Positions 18,799 through 27,953 of a DNA stretch of 64,000 nt are shown here, piece by piece. Location of the stretch: the IMG/VR virus record IMGVR_UViG_3300021963_007958, one strand, 5' to 3'. Made by a program: the position numbers and the translations under genes. Numbering within the stretch: position 1 is the stretch's first letter; each line of letters starts with the position of its first letter. Origin of the DNA: a virus. A model generated the notes under the pieces. The model ran no database searches, had not been told where the DNA came from, and saw nothing but the letters and a program-made list of their open reading frames with translations.

Positions 18799-19410
18799 TT
18801 ACTTGTTTTCCTCCATCTTTAGACGAATTTTATTTCTAGCTCGTCTGATTCTAGTGGCAATAGATCTTTTTTTGATGCCATATTTTTCCGCTATGTCTTT
18901 ATATTTCATCCCATTAATTTCTCTATCTATCATAATGTCCCGGTAGAGAGAAGGGAGGGACCTAATTTCTTCAATTGCTGTTTCGTACATATCATCTATA
19001 GACTCTCCTTCGCTAGCAAAGCTCCAGAGGGGATCTTCGTCTATATTATATGAAGGATTCTTCTCCTCGTTCTTAGAGGAAGAATAGTCTAGGTCTTCTA
19101 TAGAAAGATGGACATATTTCTTTCTAGTCTTTAGAAGAAGAAGAGATTCATTTCTAGCAATATTATAACACCACGTAGAAAAATTTCCTCTAGAACTATC
19201 ATATTGATCTATCTTTTGCCAGACTTTGGCCATTGCATTCAAGAATGCATCCTCTGCTAACTCCGGGTCTTTTAGAATCCCATAGCAATGATTTAATACC
19301 CCGGGTTTAACTCTTTCATAAAGTGATTTAAAACTTCTTTCATCCCTAGTCTCAATAAAATTGTTTGCAAGTACTTGGATGTTCTTTTCTTTCTTAATTT
19401 CTTTTTGCAT
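18799..19410 (-). CDS. ECF-type RNA polymerase sigma-70 factor
   Basis: AEDAF..VWQKIDQYD..FSTWCYNIARN (region 2); MKYKDIAE...IATRIRRAR (region 4 HTH). Confidence 0.9.
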   Translation of the reverse strand: MQKEIKKEKNIQVLANNFIETRDERSFKSLYERVKPGVLNHCYGILKDPELAEDAFLNAMAKVWQKIDQYDSSRGNFSTWCYNIARNESLLLLKTRKKYVHLSIEDLDYSSSKNEEKNPSYNIDEDPLWSFASEGESIDDMYETAIEEIRSLPSLYRDIMIDREINGMKYKDIAEKYGIKKRSIATRIRRARNKIRLKMEENK

Positions 19411-19440
19411 TTCTCTTTATAATTTTCTTAGTTTATAATT

Positions 19441-19995
19441 TTATAGTTCTCCAATTCTGACCACCTCGATTCCAGCTTGAAACAGGAAACTAAGAGATTC
19501 TGTTTTTCTGTAAAGGTCCTTAAATACAACTCTCTTGATTCCCGACTGAATGATAAGTTTAGAGCATTCAAAACAAGGGGAAGCTGTAATATAAACTGTG
19601 GATCCATCCGAGCTATTTGTGCTCTTTGCGAGTTTAGTGATTGCATTTGCTTCTGCATGAAGAACATACGGTAGAGTTGTATTGCTATCATCTTCACACT
19701 GATTTGGAAACCCAGACGGACTCCCATTATACCCATCGGAAATGATGGACTTGTTTTTTACCATTAAGCATCCGACCTGCATTCTTTTGCAGTGTGAATT
19801 GGTTCCCCAAATTTCTGCCATCTTGAGATAGACTAAGTCTGTCTTAAGAGTCTTCACATCTAGATCTAGGTCTTCTATAGAATTTCCATATTTAAAAGTC
19901 CATCCTCCCGGGGAAGCCTTCCAGAAGGGGAGAGCTAATTTATCGGTGTCCCCAAAAGTCAGATGGAGAAATGTTTTTCTTTGGTTGTCTGTCAT
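19441..19995 (-). CDS. dCMP deaminase
   Basis: GYNGSPSG, HAEANAI, SPCFECSK zinc motifs. Confidence 0.93.
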   Translation of the reverse strand: MTDNQRKTFLHLTFGDTDKLALPFWKASPGGWTFKYGNSIEDLDLDVKTLKTDLVYLKMAEIWGTNSHCKRMQVGCLMVKNKSIISDGYNGSPSGFPNQCEDDSNTTLPYVLHAEANAITKLAKSTNSSDGSTVYITASPCFECSKLIIQSGIKRVVFKDLYRKTESLSFLFQAGIEVVRIGEL

Positions 19996-20067
19996 TTAGT
20001 AGTTCTTTAGATCTCTTACCATCTAATATACGGACCTAAATTCTATAAGCTGAAAAAATCTTGAAAT

Positions 20068-21375
20068 TTATTCTAGCATGCTAGACTTTGGTCTAAACGG
20101 TTTATTGTCTTTAATAGTTAAAGGACCATTTAGGGTAGAATTAATAGCAGAAAGTAAAGACTTAATGTCTTGAATATCCTGTGGGGAAATTCCTTCCGGA
20201 GACTGCGTTGGTGTCGAAGGAGATGTAGATTTAGCTGAAGGAGACGGAGTAGAAGACGGAGTAGAGGGAGAGGAATCTGCTGTAGAGGTCTTAGTAGATT
20301 CAGACTCCGTGGTAGAAGAATCCTTAGCATTTTTTTCAGAAGAAGGAGTAGAAGGAGTCCCTTTAGATACCTCAGATTTTAGAGCTTGTTCTTCTTTTTT
20401 CATTTCTGACTTTGCTTCTTTTCTCTCTTTTTCTTTTTTGACTAGGGATTTAACCCCAGCAACAGTTTTTCCGAGGGAGCTTTCTTCGTAAGACTTTTTA
20501 AGTCCTTCTTTTATCTTTTGAACTTCTGTTAATTCTGGACTTTTTTTAATCTCTTGAGAAGAAGATTTTTCTGTCTCCAAAGTTGTTTTTGTCTCGCTTT
20601 TTTTAGAGTCATCATTTTTAGATTCCCCTTTGGGTTTTGTCTTCTCGAATAGGGAAGAGAAGAATCCCTTCTTCTCAGATTTTTTAACTGATTCGGGACT
20701 GCTAGGCTTATTTTCATTTCCTGGGGAAGATCCATCTTTCTTATCCTCAGTTTTCTTAGGAGAAATCTTATCCATTAATTTCTCGAAGAATCCTTTGTTA
20801 TCGTCCTTTTTTACTTCTGTAGATTTATTATCATCTTCTGATTTTTCTTTCCTCTTAAATGGATTCAGTTTATCTAAAACCGATTCTTTCCCTTCCTTCT
20901 TTTCCTCCGAAGAAATTTTCTCCTTAGCCTTCAATTCGTCTCTTCTTGTTTGAATTGTAGAAACCCCTCCAATTGCCTCCTTTACTAAACCTTTCTTTCC
21001 TTCCGAAATTCCCCCCTTTAATCCAGAGGATATTATATCCTTAATGGACCCTCCTTTTAGAAAGGACATTCCAGCAGCTTTTAGTGATCCTAGCCCGGCT
21101 TGTTTAGCAACCCTACCGGTTGCATCCGATGATGCAGACCTGGATGATTTTTCAGAAGAGGTAGAAGAAGTAGAGGTCGAGCTTGTTGGTTTAGACTCCG
21201 ATGCGGACTTCTTTGCAGCATCTGCTTCTTTCTTAACAGAATTTTCTAATTTTGTAGATAGAGTCTTTTGAGATTCAGAATTTATCTTATTTGATTCCCT
21301 AATCTCTTTAATCAGAACATCCAAGTTCCTGGTAAGGTTTGACAATTCTTGGAGTAACTTTGGGGAGGATTCCAT
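20068..21375 (-). CDS. low-complexity K/S/E-rich protein at tape-measure/hub (gp29) position
   Basis: follows gp26/gp51-like genes; late motif at 21391-21398. Confidence 0.45.
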   Translation of the reverse strand: MESSPKLLQELSNLTRNLDVLIKEIRESNKINSESQKTLSTKLENSVKKEADAAKKSASESKPTSSTSTSSTSSEKSSRSASSDATGRVAKQAGLGSLKAAGMSFLKGGSIKDIISSGLKGGISEGKKGLVKEAIGGVSTIQTRRDELKAKEKISSEEKKEGKESVLDKLNPFKRKEKSEDDNKSTEVKKDDNKGFFEKLMDKISPKKTEDKKDGSSPGNENKPSSPESVKKSEKKGFFSSLFEKTKPKGESKNDDSKKSETKTTLETEKSSSQEIKKSPELTEVQKIKEGLKKSYEESSLGKTVAGVKSLVKKEKERKEAKSEMKKEEQALKSEVSKGTPSTPSSEKNAKDSSTTESESTKTSTADSSPSTPSSTPSPSAKSTSPSTPTQSPEGISPQDIQDIKSLLSAINSTLNGPLTIKDNKPFRPKSSMLE

Positions 21376-21407
21376 CAATTATTTTTTCTTTATATATCAG
21401 CAAATTG

Positions 21408-21596
21408 CTATTTGGTAAAATTGAAAAGTTCAATCTTACCCGATTCCTCTAGAGCTTCTTTGTTGTCTTTTTCGACTGCTTGATTTAACTTTTCAATCCA
21501 AATTTGATATTCATAGAATGGAATGGACTCAACCCAATTTGGATCTAGGTCATGTTCTTTCCACATTCTGAACTTCAGATCAAAGAAGTTCTCCAA
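21408..21596 (-). CDS. gp51-like baseplate hub assembly/tail chaperone segment (TTG start or +1 frameshift product)
   Basis: SLENFF..F....H......VESIPFYE..IWI resembles short gp51-type proteins. Confidence 0.65.
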   Translation of the reverse strand: MENFFDLKFRMWKEHDLDPNWVESIPFYEYQIWIEKLNQAVEKDNKEALEESGKIELFNFTK

Positions 21597-22692
21597 AGAT
21601 ATCTGAAATAACGAAAAGAGATTTGAACCCTCCGGGAAAGGTTATGGGTGCGGTGACCTCGGCACCGCAGGTAGGACATTTGATGTTAATATCTAGTTCT
21701 GTCCCAATTTTTATAGTTTCACAAAGTTCATAGTAAAGAGAGAATTCTTCTTTAGACCAGTTGTCTGATTCTCTCATTCTTAGAACAATCTCATTAAATC
21801 CTAGATTTCTCCATTCACCAAAAATGAAAGGAGCAATTTTAATAAAGCTCTCGTCCACCTCAATACCTCTTTTATCACACTCAAATATAAAATCAGAAAC
21901 TGCACCCATTACTCCGATAGAAGGAACGGACATTGTAATTTCTTTTCCGATTTTTCTAACAGGAAAAACGAAATTTCTGGTTATAGGAGAATAATACTTC
22001 ATTACCCTTGGATCAATATCATAGGAAGAAAGAACTCCAGTTCTTAGTTCTATCCCGTTATTGATTGGGCAGGAATTCTTATCTTTACACTTAGACTCGG
22101 GAGTAATGATAATTCTGTTTTCTCCCTGGATAAAAGTCAAATCCCTAATTGCCATTACGAGAAAAAATCTGTCCTCGTGTTTTAAATCTTTATATGAAAC
22201 AACACCTTCGCTAGGAAAATGCATAGTGCTACACTTGCTAAGGATGAAATTTAGTTTCTCGTCAAGATCGATTAGATCGTCTTCGTCAATAGTTGAAAAG
22301 TGTCTAATCTCTTTAACTTCGGCAGATCTAATTGCAATCTTTGTTCCCTCGGGATAAAAAAATCCTCTGGAAGGAAGAACTGTTAATGGAAGATTTTTCC
22401 AGCCAAAATCCAGCCCAGGAGAAAACTCCGGCTGTGGGATTCTTTTTGGTTCAATTCTTCCCAAGTCAGGAGCTTGCTGAACAGGAGGGGCGACAGGTTC
22501 TTCTCTGGGTTCTTCGAAGATAGGAGGGGAATATAAAGGGGTTTGTCTTGCCTTTAAATCTTCCGGGGTTGGATTAATTGGGGTTTGAGGTATAAAAGGA
22601 TCATCATATACAATTCCCCCTTCCATCTCTTTTCTAGCTAGGATTTCTTCTGGGGAGAGACCTTTTAAAATTCCACTTTCGTTTGGATTCAT
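21580..22692 (-). CDS. baseplate hub assembly protein (gp26-like)
   Basis: LPSRG..Y, IR....KE, DRFFL..IR, C...C and CPTCG motifs. Confidence 0.7.
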   Translation of the reverse strand: MNPNESGILKGLSPEEILARKEMEGGIVYDDPFIPQTPINPTPEDLKARQTPLYSPPIFEEPREEPVAPPVQQAPDLGRIEPKRIPQPEFSPGLDFGWKNLPLTVLPSRGFFYPEGTKIAIRSAEVKEIRHFSTIDEDDLIDLDEKLNFILSKCSTMHFPSEGVVSYKDLKHEDRFFLVMAIRDLTFIQGENRIIITPESKCKDKNSCPINNGIELRTGVLSSYDIDPRVMKYYSPITRNFVFPVRKIGKEITMSVPSIGVMGAVSDFIFECDKRGIEVDESFIKIAPFIFGEWRNLGFNEIVLRMRESDNWSKEEFSLYYELCETIKIGTELDINIKCPTCGAEVTAPITFPGGFKSLFVISDIFGELL

Positions 22693-22730
22693 AATTATTT
22701 ACTTTATACTTTATATACTCATCCACATAA

Positions 22731-22765
22731 AAAGACGAATATTCTTTTTTAGAATATTCGTCTTT
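22731..22765. terminator. perfect 15-bp hairpin, probable terminator
   Basis: AAAGACGAATATTCT-ttttt-AGAATATTCGTCTTT. Confidence 0.75.
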
Positions 22766-22786
22766 GGAAAGTTTCGTTAATTTATG

Positions 22787-23281
22787 CTAAGCGTTAATGT
22801 TAGAAATTGCAGCTTTAGATCTTTTTACAGAATCTCTTTTTGCTGATTCTATTGGATTACACCAAATAAGTCTATCTTGATCCTCCGTAGCCTTTAGATC
22901 ATCATATAAAGGTTTTACAGCCTTTAATAGTGCTTCTGAGAAATTATTCATCTTTTTATTCTGATCAGCATTTCCTTGGTACATGCTTAAGGTTGTATTC
23001 CCGAAACGTTCTTTGGCTTTATCCGGGGTTGGAAACTCCATAGAAGTAGGGAAAAAATCTTTCCCCGCTAATTTTAGGGCCCAAGCAATCAAATATCTAT
23101 TATTAAAAGAGGTGTCGCCAAAAACTTTTTTAATATTATCAAAAGTGAGACTGGTCTGTTGTTCATCTTTTGTATTTTTTCTAAGCTCCTCGATGGCAGC
23201 CTGTGCTCTTTTTGGATCCCATTCTTGTACTCCCTCGTTTAGAGCCTGAACAAATGAATCGAAATATGATAAATTTTTCAT
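22787..23281 (-). CDS. putative internal virion protein
   Basis: MKNLSYFDSFVQALNEG targeting-like start. Confidence 0.55.
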   Translation of the reverse strand: MKNLSYFDSFVQALNEGVQEWDPKRAQAAIEELRKNTKDEQQTSLTFDNIKKVFGDTSFNNRYLIAWALKLAGKDFFPTSMEFPTPDKAKERFGNTTLSMYQGNADQNKKMNNFSEALLKAVKPLYDDLKATEDQDRLIWCNPIESAKRDSVKRSKAAISNINA

Positions 23282-23283
23282 TT

Positions 23284-23862
23284 TTAGATGAATTGATCTT
23301 GCCAGTAGTCTGCCTTCCAGCTAGTAGCTAATGTGTATAGAGTTTCTCCTGCATCATAGTTTAGATCCATTGGATTCAAATCTGCAGTCAGGAAGCAGTT
23401 ATTTAGGCTGATTCTTCTAAATACATCTCCCTGTTTATTGAAGATCGAAACCACGATAGATCCAACATAGTCTTTTTTTAGACCCATTGCACCAGTTAGT
23501 GGGTTATAAATCAAATCCGCCCATTGTCTCATGATTTTATAAACAATCATGGAATTCTGTTCATTCAAGTTAACCTCGAAATCTATGCTAAATGCAACAG
23601 AAGTATCTGAAGGAGCACCTCCTGCATATCTTCTTTCTGCAAACTTATAAAACTGACTAGCAGCTCCTGCAGGTTGAATATCAACCGCAAGACCTGATAT
23701 CTTCTTCACCTGCTGGGTTAGAATACCTTCTCCTCTGAATCTAGTATTAGCTAAAGTAACACTAGCGGGAGGGGTAATCAAAACCTCAAACTGGTTGAGA
23801 TAAACTGGTTCGTACAGTTTTACTCCGGCTGCCGAGTTGGTAAAATGTGGTAATCCTGCCAT
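23284..23862 (-). CDS. gp19: tail tube protein (gp19-like), copy 2
   Basis: EPVYLNQFEV, RQWADLIYNPLTG, next to sheath. Confidence 0.85.
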   Translation of the reverse strand: MAGLPHFTNSAAGVKLYEPVYLNQFEVLITPPASVTLANTRFRGEGILTQQVKKISGLAVDIQPAGAASQFYKFAERRYAGGAPSDTSVAFSIDFEVNLNEQNSMIVYKIMRQWADLIYNPLTGAMGLKKDYVGSIVVSIFNKQGDVFRRISLNNCFLTADLNPMDLNYDAGETLYTLATSWKADYWQDQFI

Positions 23863-23876
23863 TTATTTTAATTTTT

Positions 23877-24428
23877 TTATGAGAATTGGTCGTCCCAGTA
23901 ATCTACTGCCCACTGTAAGCTAATGTCATATAGTTCAGTTCCTCCATAGTCTAGTTCCATCGCACCGATAGGGGCGATAGGGAAGCAGTCTCTGCAGGTA
24001 ATTCTTCTAAATACATCTCCTTGTTTGTTAAAGACAGAAATAACAATAGTTCCGGTATAATCTCTCTTTAGACCCATCGCACCTGTGAGAGGGTTGTAAA
24101 TAAGGTCTGTCCATTGTCTCAAAGTCTTGAACACGTACATGGAGTTTGCATCGTTCAAGTTGACGGTAAAGTTAACCGTTAGATCAAAAACTGTGCTATC
24201 GGGTTTTGCACCTGCATAGTTTCTAACCGCAAACTTATATTTCTGCTGTGTTGCAGCAGGAGTTTTATCCACGCCCAAACCTGAAATGCTTGTCACCTGT
24301 TCAACCAGAATTGGTCCTCCCAGGACTGCTGCCGGGGGCGTAATAAGAACTTCAAACTGGTTGAGATAAACGGGTTCGTATTTGTTTATCCCAAACAGTG
24401 AATTCTGATAGTGTGGTAATCCAGCCAT
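23877..24428 (-). CDS. gp19: tail tube protein (gp19-like), copy 1
   Basis: paralog of 23284..23862; directly downstream of sheath. Confidence 0.85.
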   Translation of the reverse strand: MAGLPHYQNSLFGINKYEPVYLNQFEVLITPPAAVLGGPILVEQVTSISGLGVDKTPAATQQKYKFAVRNYAGAKPDSTVFDLTVNFTVNLNDANSMYVFKTLRQWTDLIYNPLTGAMGLKRDYTGTIVISVFNKQGDVFRRITCRDCFPIAPIGAMELDYGGTELYDISLQWAVDYWDDQFS

Positions 24429-24486
24429 TTAGTTCTTTTTCTTTTTTCTTCTATTTATCCTTTTCCTTCTTTCCGTCAAAAATTAA

Positions 24487-27400
24487 TTAGACGAACTGAA
24501 TGAATCCTCCAGCTGCAATTCCTCCGGTTCTAGTAACAGTAATTCTGTTGATGAACTTCTGAATACCTCTAGCAGGTTCAAGAATAACGTCGATGATACC
24601 TATGTTTTGGTCGATTACTGAAGGAGGGTTGTTTGAAGCATCCATGATTACTTGGTAAGCATAGATTCCTCCACCAGATCTAACACCGTCAAGGTAGTTG
24701 TCCACCAGAGTCTTGATTTCAAGTCTGATAGAATCCTCGTTAAAGTCGAACAAGTAGTTAGAAAGAATTTGTTCTACGTCGTTCTCTACGCTGATCAGTA
24801 GATCTCTTACGTGAACCAAGCTGAATGCGGAATTAACCGTTTGATAAGCAGTTTGGTTACCGAAGATAACAACTCCTAGTCCTCTCTTTTTGATGATTGG
24901 GTTGATACCGAAAGGTTCTAACCATCCTCTATCTTCTTGAGTGAAGTCATACTCAACTCCAACTAGGTTTGTTCCTGCGATTGTTCCTCTCTTCTGACCT
25001 GCTACGATAGCGTATGGTTCACCGTTTGCAAATTTAGCAACGAAGTTGTTAGAAACAAATGCTGCTGGTGGGACGTTTACGTTTCTGTTGTTTTCTCTTA
25101 GAGTGATATAAGGAGCATAGAATGCTGCGAATGATGCTCCAAGAGGTTGAGAAGGTAGAGAGAAAGTATAAGTTGGGTTCAGAGATAAGTTACCTCCGTC
25201 TGCAATGTATTGAGTTTGTAGTGCCGGATATGGATCAGCTGCGGTCGGTGCTGCAGTAAATCTAGGATCTACAGAAGCTTGGAACTGAGCCATCGAAGGA
25301 GCGTTGATCAGTGCAAGAGCTTGTCCTCTCATCATTGCCAACTTACTCAATTGATATTTAGAGTTAGGAAGAATTACCCCACTGAATGTATCAACGATGT
25401 ATCTGAACGAAATAACGTCTTTAGTTGCGAGAGTTGCTGCGATGTTTGTGTTGTACATAACATCTAGAATTGCATTTACTCTAGCATCTGTTCCGTCTGG
25501 TCTGTGATAATCGCTAAGCTGGAATCCTTCTAGATAAGTGAAGTCAAAAGATGTTGTAAACTGAGGAATAGACTGGAATTTTTGAACTTGAAGTCCGCTG
25601 CTTCCTCCTGAATAGAAGTAAATTGGTCTTGCAGTCGTAACTGTCACGATCCCAGAAATTGAAGTTGTAGCTACAGAGGTAACCTTAGTTAGTCTCTGTT
25701 GTCTATTTGTATTCTCGATTTGGCATAGATCCTGATCCGTTGAAACTAGAAGATCCCCTACAGAGATTGTATATAGATCACTGTTCATCTTAAAGGATGT
25801 AACACTAATTTTCCCTCCAATTCCTCCCGCAACTTCGATGAATTCGTTAATGCTTCCAGTGGAAGAAACTATGTCAAGCTTATAAGTAGCTGGGTATCCT
25901 GCTATTTGTCCGGTCGTATTAGAAGCATATGTTGCACCAAAATTAGCAATCGGGGTTAAGGTTGTTGCTGTTCTAGAAACATTAGTGTAAGCAAAAGCAT
26001 AATAGATCGAATATTGATCTCTATCAACTCCAAGTGCATAAGTTAAATACTGCTCCTGGGTTTGGGAAGCATTTGTGTAAATCAAATCTCCATTTTGAAG
26101 TTCTTCATACAAGACATTCTGATAGAAAGAAGTAGTAAGTTGCCCGGTTAGAGCATTTACATATCCTCCGGTTGCAGCAGATGAGGTTGCTCCGGTTCCT
26201 CCGGGATTTAAAGAATATGATATTCCGAGAGCATCTGAAGCTGCAAAGATATATGCAGTTCCTCCGATTACATCTCCAGTAGCTCCACTAGGCTTATAAT
26301 CTGTAGTTGAATAATCTGTTGCATAAGGTGTAACTACAATACCTAGATCTCTATATTTCGTAATATCTAGAGGGTGACTGAAAGCAATTTGAAGTCTTCC
26401 ACTAACCTCATTAACATTAGCAACCTGAAGCTTAATTAGATCCCCGTTGCTGAACTGGCTGATCACGTTGTCGGTGTATCCTGCAGTAATACCATTTACA
26501 GTACCTACAATATAAGGAGCTGAAGTTGAACTTGGGGTTAAAAAGTCCTTCATATTCAGAAGATCTGCAGATGTGAGTCCCGCAAAAGATCCAGAAGCAC
26601 CAGTGGCAGCAGTTAAAAAGTGAAGTCCTGCAACATATTGAGTTGGATCATAAGCTAGAAATCCCTCATAAGGAACCCCTGCTGTTCCACCTAAATTGGT
26701 AGAATCTACACCTGGCTTATATCCAGGTAAACAGTATAGGGTACCAACCGGTCCAGTTTCTCCACTGTTTGCAGTTAGAATTGAATAATTCTTAGAGTAA
26801 AGATAATCTTGTAGAAGATTCTGATCATAGCTTAAGAAATTAAGCTTAGCATCTTGAATGTCTCGGTCTCCAGAAAGTTCATCGATCAAGTGGTTACCAA
26901 CCAAATCAACTTTATATGGGTTTGTGCAAAGATTTTCTAAAGCATCCTCGTCAACCGCACAGAATAGACCCGTTGAAGGGGTATTATTATTGATTAGTGT
27001 TTGGATGTACTCGTTGTTTCCGTTTAGATTAACAAAGTCGATAATTAAACATCCAGTTTGAATAGTAACGAGATTAACATCTGCATTGTTCAGGAAGTTA
27101 GTAATTTGGCTCTTAATAAATCCATTTGGAGTGAAATATGAACTCCATTGAGGATCTTGAGAAAGAGCTGTATAGTTTGTCCAATCCCCTGCTACTGCAA
27201 TAACATCAATAAACCAGTCAGAAATATAGTCGTATGGGTTAACATAAGACGGAACATTTCCTGGTCCGTACCAGTCAATTGCAAAAATATCATATCCCTG
27301 TAGAGGAGGATTAGCATCTGTAGATTTTCTAACAATGATAGACATTGGAGTGTTTCCAAGGTTTACCAGGTTAAAGATTCTTCCTTGATCTACTATAGAT

Positions 27401-27855
27401 CTAGTTGCTAAGAAGTATTTAGTGTCTGCATACCAGAATCTCTCCTTGTTATAGTAAGAAGCTAGAAGTTTATCTGTTAAAATACCATTCTTTTGCTCGG
27501 TATCTACAGAATAACCAAAGTAAGGAACGACGTCTGCAGTTGGACTATCTACATCGTTATTTAATCTTAGCAGATTTAGAGCAAATACCGGACCTGCATT
27601 CAAACAGGTGAAGATAGATCTTTGAAAGAAAGATCCTTTTGCTTCTAGATTTTTATCTATATCCCCGAAGATGGCTAAAGCTGTTGTAACGTCTGGAATA
27701 TAGACGGGAGCGTTGAACGGGCCTTTGTTGGAAAATCCAACTACTAAACGGATAGTCTGAGTAGTTAGAATTACATTTGCCGACGCATCAAACTCCAAGG
27801 TGTAAACTCCAGAAGCTTTAAATTGGGATAAATCAAGTTTGACTTTTTGTGCCAT
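24487..27855 (-). CDS. gp18: contractile tail sheath protein (gp18-like) with large insertion
   Basis: SGVYTLEFD, GFSNKGPFN, VPPAAFV, GINPI, FGNQT, VHVRDLL, FDFN. Confidence 0.93.
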   Translation of the reverse strand: MAQKVKLDLSQFKASGVYTLEFDASANVILTTQTIRLVVGFSNKGPFNAPVYIPDVTTALAIFGDIDKNLEAKGSFFQRSIFTCLNAGPVFALNLLRLNNDVDSPTADVVPYFGYSVDTEQKNGILTDKLLASYYNKERFWYADTKYFLATRSIVDQGRIFNLVNLGNTPMSIIVRKSTDANPPLQGYDIFAIDWYGPGNVPSYVNPYDYISDWFIDVIAVAGDWTNYTALSQDPQWSSYFTPNGFIKSQITNFLNNADVNLVTIQTGCLIIDFVNLNGNNEYIQTLINNNTPSTGLFCAVDEDALENLCTNPYKVDLVGNHLIDELSGDRDIQDAKLNFLSYDQNLLQDYLYSKNYSILTANSGETGPVGTLYCLPGYKPGVDSTNLGGTAGVPYEGFLAYDPTQYVAGLHFLTAATGASGSFAGLTSADLLNMKDFLTPSSTSAPYIVGTVNGITAGYTDNVISQFSNGDLIKLQVANVNEVSGRLQIAFSHPLDITKYRDLGIVVTPYATDYSTTDYKPSGATGDVIGGTAYIFAASDALGISYSLNPGGTGATSSAATGGYVNALTGQLTTSFYQNVLYEELQNGDLIYTNASQTQEQYLTYALGVDRDQYSIYYAFAYTNVSRTATTLTPIANFGATYASNTTGQIAGYPATYKLDIVSSTGSINEFIEVAGGIGGKISVTSFKMNSDLYTISVGDLLVSTDQDLCQIENTNRQQRLTKVTSVATTSISGIVTVTTARPIYFYSGGSSGLQVQKFQSIPQFTTSFDFTYLEGFQLSDYHRPDGTDARVNAILDVMYNTNIAATLATKDVISFRYIVDTFSGVILPNSKYQLSKLAMMRGQALALINAPSMAQFQASVDPRFTAAPTAADPYPALQTQYIADGGNLSLNPTYTFSLPSQPLGASFAAFYAPYITLRENNRNVNVPPAAFVSNNFVAKFANGEPYAIVAGQKRGTIAGTNLVGVEYDFTQEDRGWLEPFGINPIIKKRGLGVVIFGNQTAYQTVNSAFSLVHVRDLLISVENDVEQILSNYLFDFNEDSIRLEIKTLVDNYLDGVRSGGGIYAYQVIMDASNNPPSVIDQNIGIIDVILEPARGIQKFINRITVTRTGGIAAGGFIQFV

Positions 27856-27881
27856 TATTTATAATGATATTTTTTGCTTTG

Positions 27882-27889
27882 TATATATC
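27882..27889 (-). promoter_or_regulatory. late promoter motif GATATATA upstream of sheath
   Basis: tandem with a second copy at 27929-27936. Confidence 0.75.
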
Positions 27890-27953
27890 CATCCGACTTC
27901 CCGTAAATGTGGGCTTACAGATTTGATTTATATATCTAAGCTAGAAATGATTT

